Of a DNA stretch of 64,000 bases, positions 1-9,384 are shown one piece after another. This DNA is from Minisyncoccota bacterium (GTDB taxonomy: Bacteria > Patescibacteriota > Minisyncoccia > Phycocordibacterales > UBA1550): positions 176 to 64,175 of the forward strand of contig JBAZWZ010000004.1 of NCBI GenBank assembly GCA_041660105.1. The letters run 5' to 3'. The notes under the pieces are model-generated. The model worked only from the letters and a program-made list of their open reading frames with translations, was not told where the DNA came from and made no database searches. Within the stretch, counting starts at the first letter, position 1. Each line of letters starts with the position of its first letter. The translations under genes were made by a program, and so were the position numbers.

Positions 1-395
1 GCGGGGGATGATTTGAACCTACGAAGAAACAAATAGAAAGAGATGAGGAGCGTCACGCAACTCCAAAATAATGCGACTTCCCTCCCCTTGTCTATTGCTC
101 CCGCCCAAGTAAATAGGGCACCAGGAACAAGGACAATAACAATAATCAAAGATGCTTCCCACCCCTCAGTAGCCGAAGATGAGGCTGGATACGAAAATCC
201 TCTTGCTTCCTGCCATTCCACCAATCGATCGAATGCTCCCGCAAAGGAAAGTGTTCCAAAAACGAAGAAAGCGACAACGGCTAGAGGTTGTAGTATTTGC
301 GAAGCTGGACACAGTCCAACAGACTGACTTGCTGTATCCCCGGCGCCAAAAAAACAGAGGGCGCCGAATACGAAGCACATCAAAATTTCTTTCAT
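1..395 (-). CDS. Partial hydrophobic membrane protein (N-terminal part; ORF runs off the window start)
   Basis: Minus-strand frame is open from an ATG at ~395 to position 1 (MKEILMCFVFGALCFFGAGDTASQS...). Several hydrophobic segments. GGAG-like SD upstream. Not in the ORF track because no stop lies inside the window. Confidence 0.4.
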   Translation of the reverse strand, partial: MKEILMCFVFGALCFFGAGDTASQSVGLCPASQILQPLAVVAFFVFGTLSFAGAFDRLVEWQEARGFSYPASSSATEGWEASLIIVIVLVPGALFTWAGAIDKGREVALFWSCVTLLISFYLFLRRFKSSP

Positions 396-471
396 TTTCT
401 TCTCCCCAAATAGTTAAAGTAACAGTGACCTGAAATGACACTATCAGGAATGTGAGTGTTCGTCAACAGCA

Positions 472-509
472 ACAACACGGGTGCCATCCGAAGATGGCAC
501 CCGTGTTGT
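472..509 (-). terminator. GC-rich hairpin (17-bp stem ACAACACGGGTGCCATC / 4-nt loop) just downstream of typA
   Basis: Perfect inverted repeat read directly in the sequence. No clean U-tract, so the terminator call is tentative. Confidence 0.35.
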
Positions 510-546
510 GATTGACTTTAAGACTTTGGGACTTTTGACTTTCTGA

Positions 547-2331
547 CTAGTTTTTGCGGAATGACTTCACTCTATCCGCATCAGTCAAAAACTGCTTGCG
601 GAGGCGCACTGACTTTGGGGTGATTTCCAAATATTCTTCTTCGGTCATTGTCTCAAGACCACGCTCAATAGAGAGGTCAAACGGTGGTGTGAGGACGATA
701 GCTTCATCAGTCCCAGATGAACGCATATTTGAAAGCTGCTTGCCCTTTGTTGGGTTCACGGTCATCTCGTCGCCCTTTGCAGTGTTACCAATAACCTGAC
801 CTTCATATACTTCAACAGCGGGCCCGATGTAGAGCGTTCCACGATCCTGAAGGTTGTAGAGAGAAAAGCCGAGTGCCTTACCTGACGCCATCGAGGTCAT
901 CGAGCCTGCAGCGCGCTTCACAATCTCACCAGCGTGCTCACGGAACTCTACGAAACGACTTGAGAGGATTCCGTCACCCTTGGTGTCCACCACGAACTGT
1001 CCGCGATAACCGAGAAGTCCACGTGTAGGAATATCAAACGTAAGACGTGTGATACCATTCTCCTCCTTCATGTTGGTCATCATTGCCTTGCGCTTGTTGA
1101 GCTTCTCGATAACACCACCAGAAAGTGCTGCGGGAACATCAATAATGAGTTCCTCATATGGCTCGAGCTTCTTGCCGTTCTCTTCTTTAATAATAACCTG
1201 AGGCTGTGATACCTGAAGCTCAAAACCTTCACGACGCATTTGTTCGAGAAGAATAGAGATGTGCATTTCGCCACGTCCGTACACTTTGAATGAGTCGTTC
1301 GCAGAGAAGTCCACACGGAGTCCCACATTAACCTCAAGCTCGCGCTCAAGACGATCACGAATCTGACGAATAGTAACAAACTTACCTTCGCGTCCTGCAA
1401 ATGGTGAGTCGTTTACAAAGAAGTTGAGAGAGATAGTTGGCTCATCCACCTTGATAGCAGGAAGTGGCTCTTGGTCTGCGTTTGCGCAAAGTGTCTCTCC
1501 GATGTACACGTCAGCAAGTCCAGCGACCATCACGATATCCCCCGCTACCGCCTCTTCTACTTCCTTTCGCTCAGTACCTTCAAATGTACAAAGCTTGGTA
1601 ATCTTCCCATTGCGTGTTGTGCCGTTAACATTTTTGATTAAAATACTTTCTCCTGCGTGGAGTGTTCCCTGATAGATACGTCCAATAGCGAGACGTCCGA
1701 GGAAGTTGTCATACCCCAAGTTGAAAGGCTGCATAAGTACTGGCGCGTGAATGTCTGCTTTTACAGCGGGAACCTTTTCCAAAATGATATCGAGAAGTGG
1801 ATCGAGATTGGTTGACTCATCTTCGAGGTTGCGCTTTGCGATACCCTGACGGCCGATTGCATACACAGTCGTGAAGTCGAGCTGTTCATCTGTTGCGCCG
1901 AGCTCAAAGAAAAGCTCAAACACTTCGTCGTGCACTTCCTGAGGACGTGCTGCTGGCTTGTCTATTTTATTCAAAACAACAATAGGCTTGAGTCCAAGCT
2001 CAAGTGACTTCTTGAGCACAAAACGTGTCTGTGGCATTGGGCCCTCTTGTGCGTCCACAAGGAGAAGCACGGTATCGATAGAACGAAGCACGCGCTCAAC
2101 CTCAGAACCGAAGTCGGCGTGACCTGGTGTGTCCACAATGTTAATCTTGGTGCCCTTGTAGAACACAGAGGTGTTCTTTGCATAAATAGTAATACCGCGC
2201 TCAAGCTCGAGAGCATTAGAGTCCATAGTTACTCCCTCCTTTGTCATCCCTGTCTGGCGCATCAAGGCGTCGGTCAAGGTAGTCTTGCCGTGGTCCACGT
2301 GAGCGATAATTGCGATATTTCTGATTTCCAT
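547..2331 (-). CDS. typA: Translational GTPase TypA/BipA
   Basis: 594 aa; N-terminal G-domain AHVDHGKTTL, DTPGHADF, NKID motifs; EF-G-like domain layout. Confidence 0.95.
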   Translation of the reverse strand: MEIRNIAIIAHVDHGKTTLTDALMRQTGMTKEGVTMDSNALELERGITIYAKNTSVFYKGTKINIVDTPGHADFGSEVERVLRSIDTVLLLVDAQEGPMPQTRFVLKKSLELGLKPIVVLNKIDKPAARPQEVHDEVFELFFELGATDEQLDFTTVYAIGRQGIAKRNLEDESTNLDPLLDIILEKVPAVKADIHAPVLMQPFNLGYDNFLGRLAIGRIYQGTLHAGESILIKNVNGTTRNGKITKLCTFEGTERKEVEEAVAGDIVMVAGLADVYIGETLCANADQEPLPAIKVDEPTISLNFFVNDSPFAGREGKFVTIRQIRDRLERELEVNVGLRVDFSANDSFKVYGRGEMHISILLEQMRREGFELQVSQPQVIIKEENGKKLEPYEELIIDVPAALSGGVIEKLNKRKAMMTNMKEENGITRLTFDIPTRGLLGYRGQFVVDTKGDGILSSRFVEFREHAGEIVKRAAGSMTSMASGKALGFSLYNLQDRGTLYIGPAVEVYEGQVIGNTAKGDEMTVNPTKGKQLSNMRSSGTDEAIVLTPPFDLSIERGLETMTEEEYLEITPKSVRLRKQFLTDADRVKSFRKN

Positions 2332-2429
2332 GTGATTGATTTGGTCTAAATGATAAGAAAATCCGCTGGAACCCAGCAGAATTACTCGAGGAGTATAACA
2401 AATCTTCTTGAATTAGTCAAAAAATGCGC

Positions 2430-2470
2430 AAAAGAAAAGGGTTGCCGTGTGTGGCAACCCTTGTTTGAGT
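2430..2470 (-). terminator. Rho-independent terminator after the 2480..3331 gene
   Basis: Stem AAGGGTTGCC/GGCAACCCTT with loop GTGTGT, followed on the minus strand by a U-rich tract. Confidence 0.55.
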
Positions 2471-2479
2471 TTGCTTCCC

Positions 2480-3331
2480 CTATTTGATCGCTTCCAAACA
2501 AAATGTTTTTTGTGGAGTACAACGCGTAGCCCCATCATAAAACTTGAACGTCGGATCAGGGACGGGATAGTTCGTTTCAGTTTCCTGAACAACATTGCCG
2601 TCAAACATCGTCCCGCAAATTTCATGCACCTTTTCCAGTGTGCCCTGGGCATTCTTGCAGACATCAAAGCCAGCCTGCAATCCTTCCAACCTGACGCCGA
2701 AATCCTTCACTTGCTGCACGAGCCTGTTGTACCTTCCAAAATATTTGAGCCCGCGCTGATGGATATCGTTGCCGTCTTTGTCGAGTTGGTCTGATGCGGC
2801 ATTAAGCGTGTCGAGGTTCTTGAGCAAACGCTCTCTGTTTTTATTAACTTCATCCGACCAGGCATTTACAGCTTCCCCCCAAGCGATTACTCGATCTATT
2901 AATGGCTGTAGCCGATCTCTTTCCCGGAGACACCAGTCAAGCAATGGGTAAACAACTGTTCCGTGGCAGGATGCGTTATATGCATCCACCTGCACATTGA
3001 CTTCATCAGCGAACTGCCTTTGCTTGATCGCATCTTCGTTCTGCAAGGCGACATTTTCCTGATGCTTGTCTCGTTCGGTCTCCCACGTTGCAAAGCCAGC
3101 CATAATGAGCTCCGCCGTAGCGAGCTGATGCTCCTGTTCCGCCGCGAGGCCCACACCGATTTTGTTCGTTTCTTTGATATCGATGTTGACTGTTCTGCGA
3201 ATCGAGCCGATATACAGACTCGCCTTTGCATCACGATCTTGAGCAGATATGCCGTCACTGGCCGTTTGCGCAATCACGGGATTGATGAAAGAGACCAGCA
3301 AAAGAAAGACCAAAACAATGAGCTTTTTCAT
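2480..3331 (-). CDS. Secreted coiled-coil protein of unknown function
   Basis: Signal peptide MKKLIVLVFLLLVSFINPVIAQ (start moved to the ATG at 3331). GGAGG SD upstream. No recognisable catalytic motif. Confidence 0.55.
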   Translation of the reverse strand: MKKLIVLVFLLLVSFINPVIAQTASDGISAQDRDAKASLYIGSIRRTVNIDIKETNKIGVGLAAEQEHQLATAELIMAGFATWETERDKHQENVALQNEDAIKQRQFADEVNVQVDAYNASCHGTVVYPLLDWCLRERDRLQPLIDRVIAWGEAVNAWSDEVNKNRERLLKNLDTLNAASDQLDKDGNDIHQRGLKYFGRYNRLVQQVKDFGVRLEGLQAGFDVCKNAQGTLEKVHEICGTMFDGNVVQETETNYPVPDPTFKFYDGATRCTPQKTFCLEAIK

Positions 3332-3436
3332 TACGTACTCCTCTTGAAATGAAGCGTTGAAATACAAAATACCCCCCGATTGAAGAAACACTCAATCCGA
3401 AATATACACTACCTATTAAAATCAATTATGTCAACT

Positions 3437-4831
3437 TTACAAGTTCTCAATTGGGTCAATCATCGTCGTCTGGATAGTGTCAGCTTTCTGCATAACCTGA
3501 GTTCCATACGTGGAAGCCCATGAGGAATTTGCACAAGAAGAGCCGGAGAAATACTTGCAGGCGGCATTTCTTTCTGCGCTATAAGATGTTGCCACAGCGC
3601 CGTTATCCTTCAAGAGAAAGCCCGCTGCCATAAATGCATCACGTGCAAGCCAAGGGTTTGCTGTAGAAATACCAAGTGCCTTCGTTATACGATTCTCATA
3701 TAGTACCCAAGTCGAAGGGATGAACTGCGCCGGCCCCATCGCCCCGCCATACCCAGAGCTTTGCGGACACGAAACTTGAGTCATAAATGGATCAAGTCCA
3801 AGTCTCTCAGTGATATCCAAAAACGGCTTCACATCTCCAAGGTTTGGATTATTCTTGCGCATTACTGCCATCACTTTTGCAAATACTTTACCCGTGTTCT
3901 TACCCACACCAGCGCCCGTCAGAGGGTCCTTGAGATAACACGATCCTTGATTCTTGCCAAAGCCTGACTCCTGCATAAATATAGCGAGGAGGAACGCAGG
4001 GCGCACGCCTGTCTTCAGGGAAACTGTCTTCGCATAGTCATACGCCTGACCAAACTGGATCTCGCCCGTGTCGCGGAGAGCGAAGAGTGCAGCACGAATC
4101 TGTGAGGCCTTTGCCTTCTTTTCTTTCAAAACTTTTTGATAAAGTGCCTCTTGCCCCTTTGTCACTTTCAACAAACGCGCCTTTTCTTTCTCCTTTGAAG
4201 TCAAGGACGCTTGTTCCACTTCCTGCGCGTGCTTCAAGTCCATTTCTTTATTCTTTTTTTCTTCGAGGGTTGCTTTCGCCTCCTCGGTCGTCTTCTTTGC
4301 TGCGCTCACAATATCAAGCGAGTCCCCTATCGCGTCTTCAATATATTCAAAATTATCAAGGTCACTAAAAAAATCAGAAATATTTTTATCAGAAAGTGCC
4401 ACCTCAATGAGAGAGGATGAATCGATTTCATTGGTACGACGAAGGAGCCCCGCCAGAGACTCGTGTTCCGAATCTATTTTTGCGGAATATTTAACAATGG
4501 TTTTATTTTTTGAACCAATATCCTCAGTGAGCTTTGCAATGGAAATTTGCTGCGCTTTGATTTGAAGTTTCGCTTTTTGAATTTGTGCGGTAAGTATCGC
4601 CATATCACGTTCGAGAGAAACCCCTTCTTTTTGTTTGCTCTCAAGCAAAGTGGTTTGAAGTTTAATCTCATTCTCCACCGAAGCCAGATCCGCCTCAAGC
4701 GCTGCCTGACAAACATTGTCTCCGGGGATGCAGGATGATACGGTCTGGGCGCTGGCAAAAGAAAAAATCTTTAAAGCAAAGGCTAAAAGAATTATGACAG
4801 TGAGGATTTTCCCTAAGATACTTTTGGGCAT
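3437..4831 (-). CDS. Secreted coiled-coil protein with C-terminal lytic transglycosylase domain (MltB/family-3-like)
   Basis: Signal peptide; long coiled-coil region; C-terminal ...MQESGFG... and GAMGPAQFIPSTW, which resemble lytic transglycosylase catalytic motifs. Confidence 0.7.
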   Translation of the reverse strand: MPKSILGKILTVIILLAFALKIFSFASAQTVSSCIPGDNVCQAALEADLASVENEIKLQTTLLESKQKEGVSLERDMAILTAQIQKAKLQIKAQQISIAKLTEDIGSKNKTIVKYSAKIDSEHESLAGLLRRTNEIDSSSLIEVALSDKNISDFFSDLDNFEYIEDAIGDSLDIVSAAKKTTEEAKATLEEKKNKEMDLKHAQEVEQASLTSKEKEKARLLKVTKGQEALYQKVLKEKKAKASQIRAALFALRDTGEIQFGQAYDYAKTVSLKTGVRPAFLLAIFMQESGFGKNQGSCYLKDPLTGAGVGKNTGKVFAKVMAVMRKNNPNLGDVKPFLDITERLGLDPFMTQVSCPQSSGYGGAMGPAQFIPSTWVLYENRITKALGISTANPWLARDAFMAAGFLLKDNGAVATSYSAERNAACKYFSGSSCANSSWASTYGTQVMQKADTIQTTMIDPIENL

Positions 4832-4849
4832 AAGTAAATAAAGTATATC

Positions 4850-4890
4850 AAAAAAAGAGCCGAGGGCGTAGCCCTCGGCTCTTTTTTTTA
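4850..4890. terminator. Bidirectional rho-independent terminator (A-run, 12-bp stem AGAGCCGAGGGC / loop GTA, T-run)
   Basis: Perfect hairpin flanked by A7 and T8 runs. Sits downstream of the L25 gene on the minus strand. Confidence 0.7.
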
Positions 4891-4908
4891 TTGCTCAATA
4901 CTTTTGAA

Positions 4909-5550
4909 TTATTCCTTGGCTGGAATCTCTTCCTCTTCCTTCTTACCCTTCTTCTCTACTTCTATTGATGAGAGATCCATCACTGGGGCCTCTTCCACTT
5001 CTTCCTTCGCAACTGCGATAGCAGCGACAACATCAGAACCGTGAGTTACGAGGGTAACACCCTTTGGAAGTACAATACTCTCTGCAAGAATCTGACTATC
5101 AAGAGCTGTGAGTGAGGCGATATCAATAATAAAACTATGAGGAATATTTGCAGGCTCTGCCTTAACTTCGATTTCGTGAAGCACCTTTACAAGTGAGCCA
5201 CCAAGATCCTTTACTGCACCTGATACTCCCGTAAACTCGAGAGGTACGTGAACAGAAACAGTCTGACCTTTCTCAACAGTGTAGAAGTCAACGTGAATAG
5301 GAAATCCCTTCACAGGATCAACCTGCACTTCAGTGATGAGTGCGTTTACCTTACCCTTTGGCATCTCAACAACAACAACAGATGACTCACCTGCAGCCTT
5401 CCAAACCTTAATAAATTCATTCAATGCAAATACGCATGGTGTTGCCTCCTGATTGTGTCCGTAAAACACAGCGGGAATAAAACCCTCTGCGCGAATAGCC
5501 GAAAGCTTCTTCTTTGGGTCACGAATTTCTCCTTTTAATGTGATAGTCAT
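4909..5550 (-). CDS. rplY: 50S ribosomal protein L25 / general stress protein Ctc
   Basis: MTITLKGEIRDPKKK... matches the L25/Ctc N-terminus; beta-barrel plus C-terminal acidic tail. Start placed at the internal ATG (5550) rather than the track start. Confidence 0.8.
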   Translation of the reverse strand: MTITLKGEIRDPKKKLSAIRAEGFIPAVFYGHNQEATPCVFALNEFIKVWKAAGESSVVVVEMPKGKVNALITEVQVDPVKGFPIHVDFYTVEKGQTVSVHVPLEFTGVSGAVKDLGGSLVKVLHEIEVKAEPANIPHSFIIDIASLTALDSQILAESIVLPKGVTLVTHGSDVVAAIAVAKEEVEEAPVMDLSSIEVEKKGKKEEEEIPAKE

Positions 5551-5607
5551 AGTGGGGCTAGTATACATAAATAAGATGAAAAAGGCAAGCAAAGCAATAG
5601 AATATAG

Positions 5608-5643
5608 ACCAAAAACAAAACCCGCCGAATAAACGGCGGGGTT
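5608..5643 (-). terminator. Rho-independent terminator after the 5646..6113 gene
   Basis: Stem CCCGCCG/CGGCGGG with loop AATAAA, followed on the minus strand by UUUUGUUUUUGG. Confidence 0.55.
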
Positions 5644-5645
5644 GA

Positions 5646-6113
5646 CTACAACATTGATTTCTTCATTTTATCCATCGAGCCCAGCAGGCCATTCAAATAT
5701 GACACACTGAACTCTCGAGATTCTTTCTCATCTCTCAACGCTTTATCAAGTTGCCAGTTCAGTTGCAAATCAAGTTTCGGATGATCAACAAGGAGATTTT
5801 CTCTCGTGGAAAAATGGAAAAGAAGTAAATCCGCTTGTTTTTTCCATTGCATTTTCCCACCACATGAACAAATTATTCTTATGCTCACAAACTCTCCAGT
5901 GGGAGCTCGGTGAGGAGAAACAACAATTACTTCAATATGATTTGTTACTGCCTCAGGAATCGTTTTGTACCACTTGAACAAATAATTGCTTATTTCTTGG
6001 CAGTGGTCAACTGAAATCATAAAACCCATGTTTGAATCACCAGAAAATGGTCCCTGGTTAATTGTCAATTTTAATGGCATTTTCAAACCCTTCTGGGGCA
6101 CAGCCCCTTTCAT
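5646..6113 (-). CDS. Hypothetical protein
   Basis: 155-aa ORF in a co-directional gene string. No recognisable motifs. Start may be the MPLK ATG at ~6080. Confidence 0.4.
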   Translation of the reverse strand: MKGAVPQKGLKMPLKLTINQGPFSGDSNMGFMISVDHCQEISNYLFKWYKTIPEAVTNHIEVIVVSPHRAPTGEFVSIRIICSCGGKMQWKKQADLLLFHFSTRENLLVDHPKLDLQLNWQLDKALRDEKESREFSVSYLNGLLGSMDKMKKSML

Positions 6114-6168
6114 CCCTACCTCGCATTCGGATAGGTAATTTAGTTCTACGCTTTTTTGAGAAAATTAC

Positions 6169-6203
6169 AAGAGGGTCGTTGCGCGAAGCGCAACGACCCT
6201 CTT
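6169..6203 (-). terminator. Hairpin terminator downstream of fba (14-bp stem, GAA loop)
   Basis: AAGAGGGTCGTTGCGC-GAA-GCGCAACGACCCTCTT perfect inverted repeat 40 nt past the fba stop. Confidence 0.5.
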
Positions 6204-6242
6204 CTGCGTAAGTCCGCGTCTAGTCCGCATCTCTTCCGCGTC

Positions 6243-7109
6243 TTATTCCATATTAAACAACCTCATTCTCTTCTCCACCACAGCCGCAACTGCATCAACC
6301 GCCGGCTTCATAAATTTGTACGGCGCAGTCTCATCTGGGTGCTCTGCCAAATACGCCTTTACCGCATCGTGATATGCTACACGGATTTCAGTATTGATGT
6401 GAATGATACCAATCCCCGCTTTGATAGCGTTCTGGAAATCTTCATCACTTGTCCCTGATCCTCCATGAAGTACGAGTGGTACGCCCGCAGCTTGGCGAAT
6501 TTCTCTAATGCGCTCAATATTGAGACGTGGCTCAGGAGCGTTACGAAGCATCCCGTGGATGTTCCCCACTGACGGCGCAAAGAGATCAATCCCTGTCTCT
6601 TTCACAAATCGCGCTGACTCCTCGCCTGTAGTGAGATTCTCAAGCGACACACCTTCTGGCACTTCATCAAGTACCTTTGACCCCGAACCAATGTAGCCGA
6701 GCTCAGCCTCAACAATAATTTCTGGATTCACACTTCGTGCATAATCAACACACTGCTTTGTAATACGTGCATTTTCTTCAAACGAGAGTTTCGCTCCATC
6801 ATAAATCACCGCATCAAATCCCGCATCAATAGCCTCCTTCACGCGCTCAAATGAATACGAGTGGTCCGCATTGAGATATATAGGATATCCTTCATCACGA
6901 ACACTTTTCACAATCGCAACAACTTGCTTGATACCAATGAAGTCACGCTCACCTTCTGACACACCGATGATGACAGGCACACCCGCAGCCTTTGCGCCCT
7001 TAAGCACACCCCAGAACCCCTCCATATCTGAAATATTAAAATGTCCCACTGCAACCCCCTTTGCTTCCGCTTGTGCAATCGTCTCACGTAATGTTGGAAT
7101 TGATGTCAT
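6243..7109 (-). CDS. fba: Class II fructose-1,6-bisphosphate aldolase
   Basis: 288 aa; class II FBA/tagatose-bisphosphate aldolase hallmarks (HFNISD, LHGGSG, DHS...). Confidence 0.9.
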   Translation of the reverse strand: MTSIPTLRETIAQAEAKGVAVGHFNISDMEGFWGVLKGAKAAGVPVIIGVSEGERDFIGIKQVVAIVKSVRDEGYPIYLNADHSYSFERVKEAIDAGFDAVIYDGAKLSFEENARITKQCVDYARSVNPEIIVEAELGYIGSGSKVLDEVPEGVSLENLTTGEESARFVKETGIDLFAPSVGNIHGMLRNAPEPRLNIERIREIRQAAGVPLVLHGGSGTSDEDFQNAIKAGIGIIHINTEIRVAYHDAVKAYLAEHPDETAPYKFMKPAVDAVAAVVEKRMRLFNME

Positions 7110-7137
7110 AAATGCTTAATTTCTTGTTATTAATGGA

Positions 7138-7177
7138 TATATTCTACCATAAACACCAGTCAGTATGATAGAATATA
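7138..7177. promoter_or_regulatory. 12-bp inverted repeat (TATATTCTACCA / TGATAGAATATA) in the fba-pfkB divergent promoter region
   Basis: 11/12 matching arms, 16-nt spacer, between two divergently transcribed sugar-metabolism genes. Confidence 0.3.
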
Positions 7178-7203
7178 CTCATTAATAATTAAATAGGAAC
7201 CAT

Positions 7204-8208
7204 ATGGATACCCAATTAGATTTCGTTGGCATTGGCGACACCGTCGTCGATGCATTTATTCGCCTCAAAGAAGATCACGCACATACCACCTGTCGCGTTG
7301 ACACAAATGCATGTGAACTCTGTATGCCATTTGGTGCAAAAGTTCCTTTTGATTTTGTGACGGTATGCTACGCAGTTGGCAACAGCGCCAACGCTTGCGT
7401 TTCTGCATCACGCCTTGGACTCAAGAGCGCGCTCATTTCCAACTTGGGGAATGACGACGATGGCAAGAAGTGTCTTACTTCCCTTACAAAAGATGGCGTC
7501 AGCACGCAGTACATCAAAGAATACGACGGTATCAAAACAAACTATCACTATGTACTCTGGTACGACAGTGAGCGTACCATCCTCATCAAGCACGAAGACT
7601 TCCCCTACACACTTCCCCTCGGCGATGTTGGTCCAAAGTGGCTCTACCTCTCGTCGCTCAACGAAAAGTCACTCGAGTTCCATCACGAGATTTCTCGCTA
7701 CCTTGCAGCACACCCAGAGACCAAACTCTCGTTTCAGCCAGGCGGTTTTCAGATAAAGCTCGGCGTCGAAGCTCTCAAGGATCTCTACGCACACACCGAA
7801 GTATTTTTCTGTAACGTAGAAGAGGCGCGTCAGATTCTCGAAGACAAAGAGTCAGAGCCAAAAGACCTTGCAAAGAAAGTTGCAGGTCTTGGTCCAAAGA
7901 TTGTCGTCATCACCGATGGACCAAAGGGTGCATACGTGTTTGATGGTGTAGACTCTTGGTTTATGCCTATCTACCCAGATCCAAAGCCACCATACGAGCG
8001 CACGGGCGCAGGCGACTCATTTGCATCAGCATTCGTCTCAGCCCTCGCTCTCGGCAAGACTCCGTCGGAGGCGATAGCCTGGGCACCCATCAACTCAATG
8101 TCCGTTGTACAGCAAGTAGGCGCACAAGCAGGCCTCCTCACCCGCGAACAGCTCGAGAAATATCTTGCAGAAGCACCCGCTGACTACAAGGCAGTGAAGC
8201 TAGACTAG
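7204..8208 (+). CDS. PfkB-family carbohydrate kinase (ribokinase/fructokinase superfamily)
   Basis: 334 aa; C-terminal TGAGDSFASAF anion-hole/catalytic motif typical of the PfkB family. Confidence 0.85.
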   Translation: MDTQLDFVGIGDTVVDAFIRLKEDHAHTTCRVDTNACELCMPFGAKVPFDFVTVCYAVGNSANACVSASRLGLKSALISNLGNDDDGKKCLTSLTKDGVSTQYIKEYDGIKTNYHYVLWYDSERTILIKHEDFPYTLPLGDVGPKWLYLSSLNEKSLEFHHEISRYLAAHPETKLSFQPGGFQIKLGVEALKDLYAHTEVFFCNVEEARQILEDKESEPKDLAKKVAGLGPKIVVITDGPKGAYVFDGVDSWFMPIYPDPKPPYERTGAGDSFASAFVSALALGKTPSEAIAWAPINSMSVVQQVGAQAGLLTREQLEKYLAEAPADYKAVKLD

Positions 8209-8220
8209 TGTTTATGTCCA

Positions 8221-8241
8221 AGACACGAATCAGCTGATTCG
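8221..8241. promoter_or_regulatory. Copy 1 of 21-nt motif AGACACGAATCAGCTGATTCG (contains perfect 14-bp palindrome GAATCAGCTGATTC)
   Basis: Identical to the 21-mer at 11947..11967. Lies just downstream of pfkB. Confidence 0.5.
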
Positions 8242-8276
8242 AAGTCTCAAGTCGAAAAGTCAAAAGTAGAGACAAG

Positions 8277-8311
8277 AAAACCCGCACCAATAATGGCTGC
8301 GGGTTTTTATT
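8277..8311. terminator. Bidirectional rho-independent terminator after pfkB
   Basis: AAAACCCGCA-CCAATAATGGC-TGCGGGTTTTTATT. Confidence 0.65.
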
Positions 8312-8395
8312 AAGGTTGAATTTCTTTTTCAAGAAACGCACAAAGAAACTCATAATGTTTTGAAACTTCATCTTGCGAACCCCAGAGACTCGTAG

Positions 8396-8674
8396 CTAAT
8401 TCTTGGCCTCTTTCAACAAGGACAGAAGTTCCTTTAGTTTTTTCAAATTTTTTACTGGTGTGATTGCCCGAAGAAAAAGGTTGTGTACTTCCGACTCCAG
8501 TTTGTTCAAGCGCATTTTTTTCGCATGAACTTCTGGGGCATGTTTTTGTTCAAACTCCCCAAGTAAGGTACGAAACTTCCCCGCAGTCATTCCCTCACTA
8601 GACATCTGTTCAAGAAGAATACGGAAATCAAAACGAATAGTTTCATTTTCATCAACAATCGTAGTTGCGTTCAT
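8396..8674 (-). CDS. Hypothetical protein
   Basis: 92-aa ORF with no recognisable motifs. Confidence 0.35.
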   Translation of the reverse strand: MNATTIVDENETIRFDFRILLEQMSSEGMTAGKFRTLLGEFEQKHAPEVHAKKMRLNKLESEVHNLFLRAITPVKNLKKLKELLSLLKEAKN

Positions 8675-8781
8675 TATTACTCCTTGTTTGAAAGTTGTAC
8701 GCTGTGCAGTAAATACTAATTAGTATTCGACTTCTAAAAATAAACTACCACGAAATTCATCCTTGTGTCAAATTCCCCTAC

Positions 8782-8821
8782 TATCTACTTATACAGTACT
8801 ATAGTACTGTATAAGTAGATA
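8782..8821. repeat. 40-bp perfect palindrome TATCTACTTATACAGTAC-TATA-GTACTGTATAAGTAGATA
   Basis: Read directly. Shares its outer ends (TATCTAC...GTAGATA) and TAC-TATA-GTA centre with the 52-bp palindrome at 15896..15947. Confidence 0.55.
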
Positions 8822-8844
8822 CCTGTAAAAACAATAACTATTAT

Positions 8845-9126
8845 CTATATTCTTCTTTTCGAAACAGAAATTAATTTAATAACCATACGACTAACAAAAC
8901 TCCAAAAGAATATATTGATTACGAAAGTTACCAATAGAAAATAGTTGTATTCTCCTCCTCCCCAAAACAAGTAGTAGCTAAATGGAAATCCTCTACAAAG
9001 AAGATCTCCTTCAACTGCTATACCAAAATATCCTGCTTTATTTACTGCATAGAAAAAACTAATTGCCGTAATAAGTACTCCACTGAGAAGCGAAACTTCT
9101 TGAACAATATTTCTTTTGTAATTCAC
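8845..9126 (-). CDS. Small membrane protein, unknown function
   Basis: 93 aa with two or three hydrophobic helices. Confidence 0.4.
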   Translation of the reverse strand: MNYKRNIVQEVSLLSGVLITAISFFYAVNKAGYFGIAVEGDLLCRGFPFSYYLFWGGGEYNYFLLVTFVINIFFWSFVSRMVIKLISVSKRRI

Positions 9127-9130
9127 TATA

Positions 9131-9382
9131 TTACTTCATCAGCACAGGGTGTAATATAGTTGTTCCCGCTTGATAGCTATCTCCAACCCAGGCTATCTGG
9201 GATATGTAGGGCCACAAAATTCCAAGAGCAATGGTTGCCAAGATTGCAGAACCAATAACTACTCCTAAACCATAAATAATCCCCGTATAAAAAATGTGTT
9301 TGAAACTAATCTGCTTCGCAATCTTTTCGTTCAAAGATACGAGCTGTAATAATATTTTATCTTCTTGTGGGTTTGGTTCCAT
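9131..9382 (-). CDS. Small membrane protein, unknown function
   Basis: 83 aa; hydrophobic helix pair GIIYGLGVVIGSAILATIALGILW. Confidence 0.4.
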   Translation of the reverse strand: MEPNPQEDKILLQLVSLNEKIAKQISFKHIFYTGIIYGLGVVIGSAILATIALGILWPYISQIAWVGDSYQAGTTILHPVLMK

Positions 9383-9384
9383 GT

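Noticed and set aside
43-441. Track ORFs 43..327(+), 166..441(-) and 179..433(+) at the window start
   Set aside because: They are short, low-complexity, and overlap each other in different frames. A longer hydrophobic minus-strand frame that stays open to position 1 explains the region better.
1080-2349. Several 80-106-aa ORFs antisense to or inside typA (1080..1400, 1424..1672, 1971..2216, 2047..2349)
   Set aside because: They are embedded in a confidently identified 594-aa GTPase gene. This is typical of spurious antisense reading frames.
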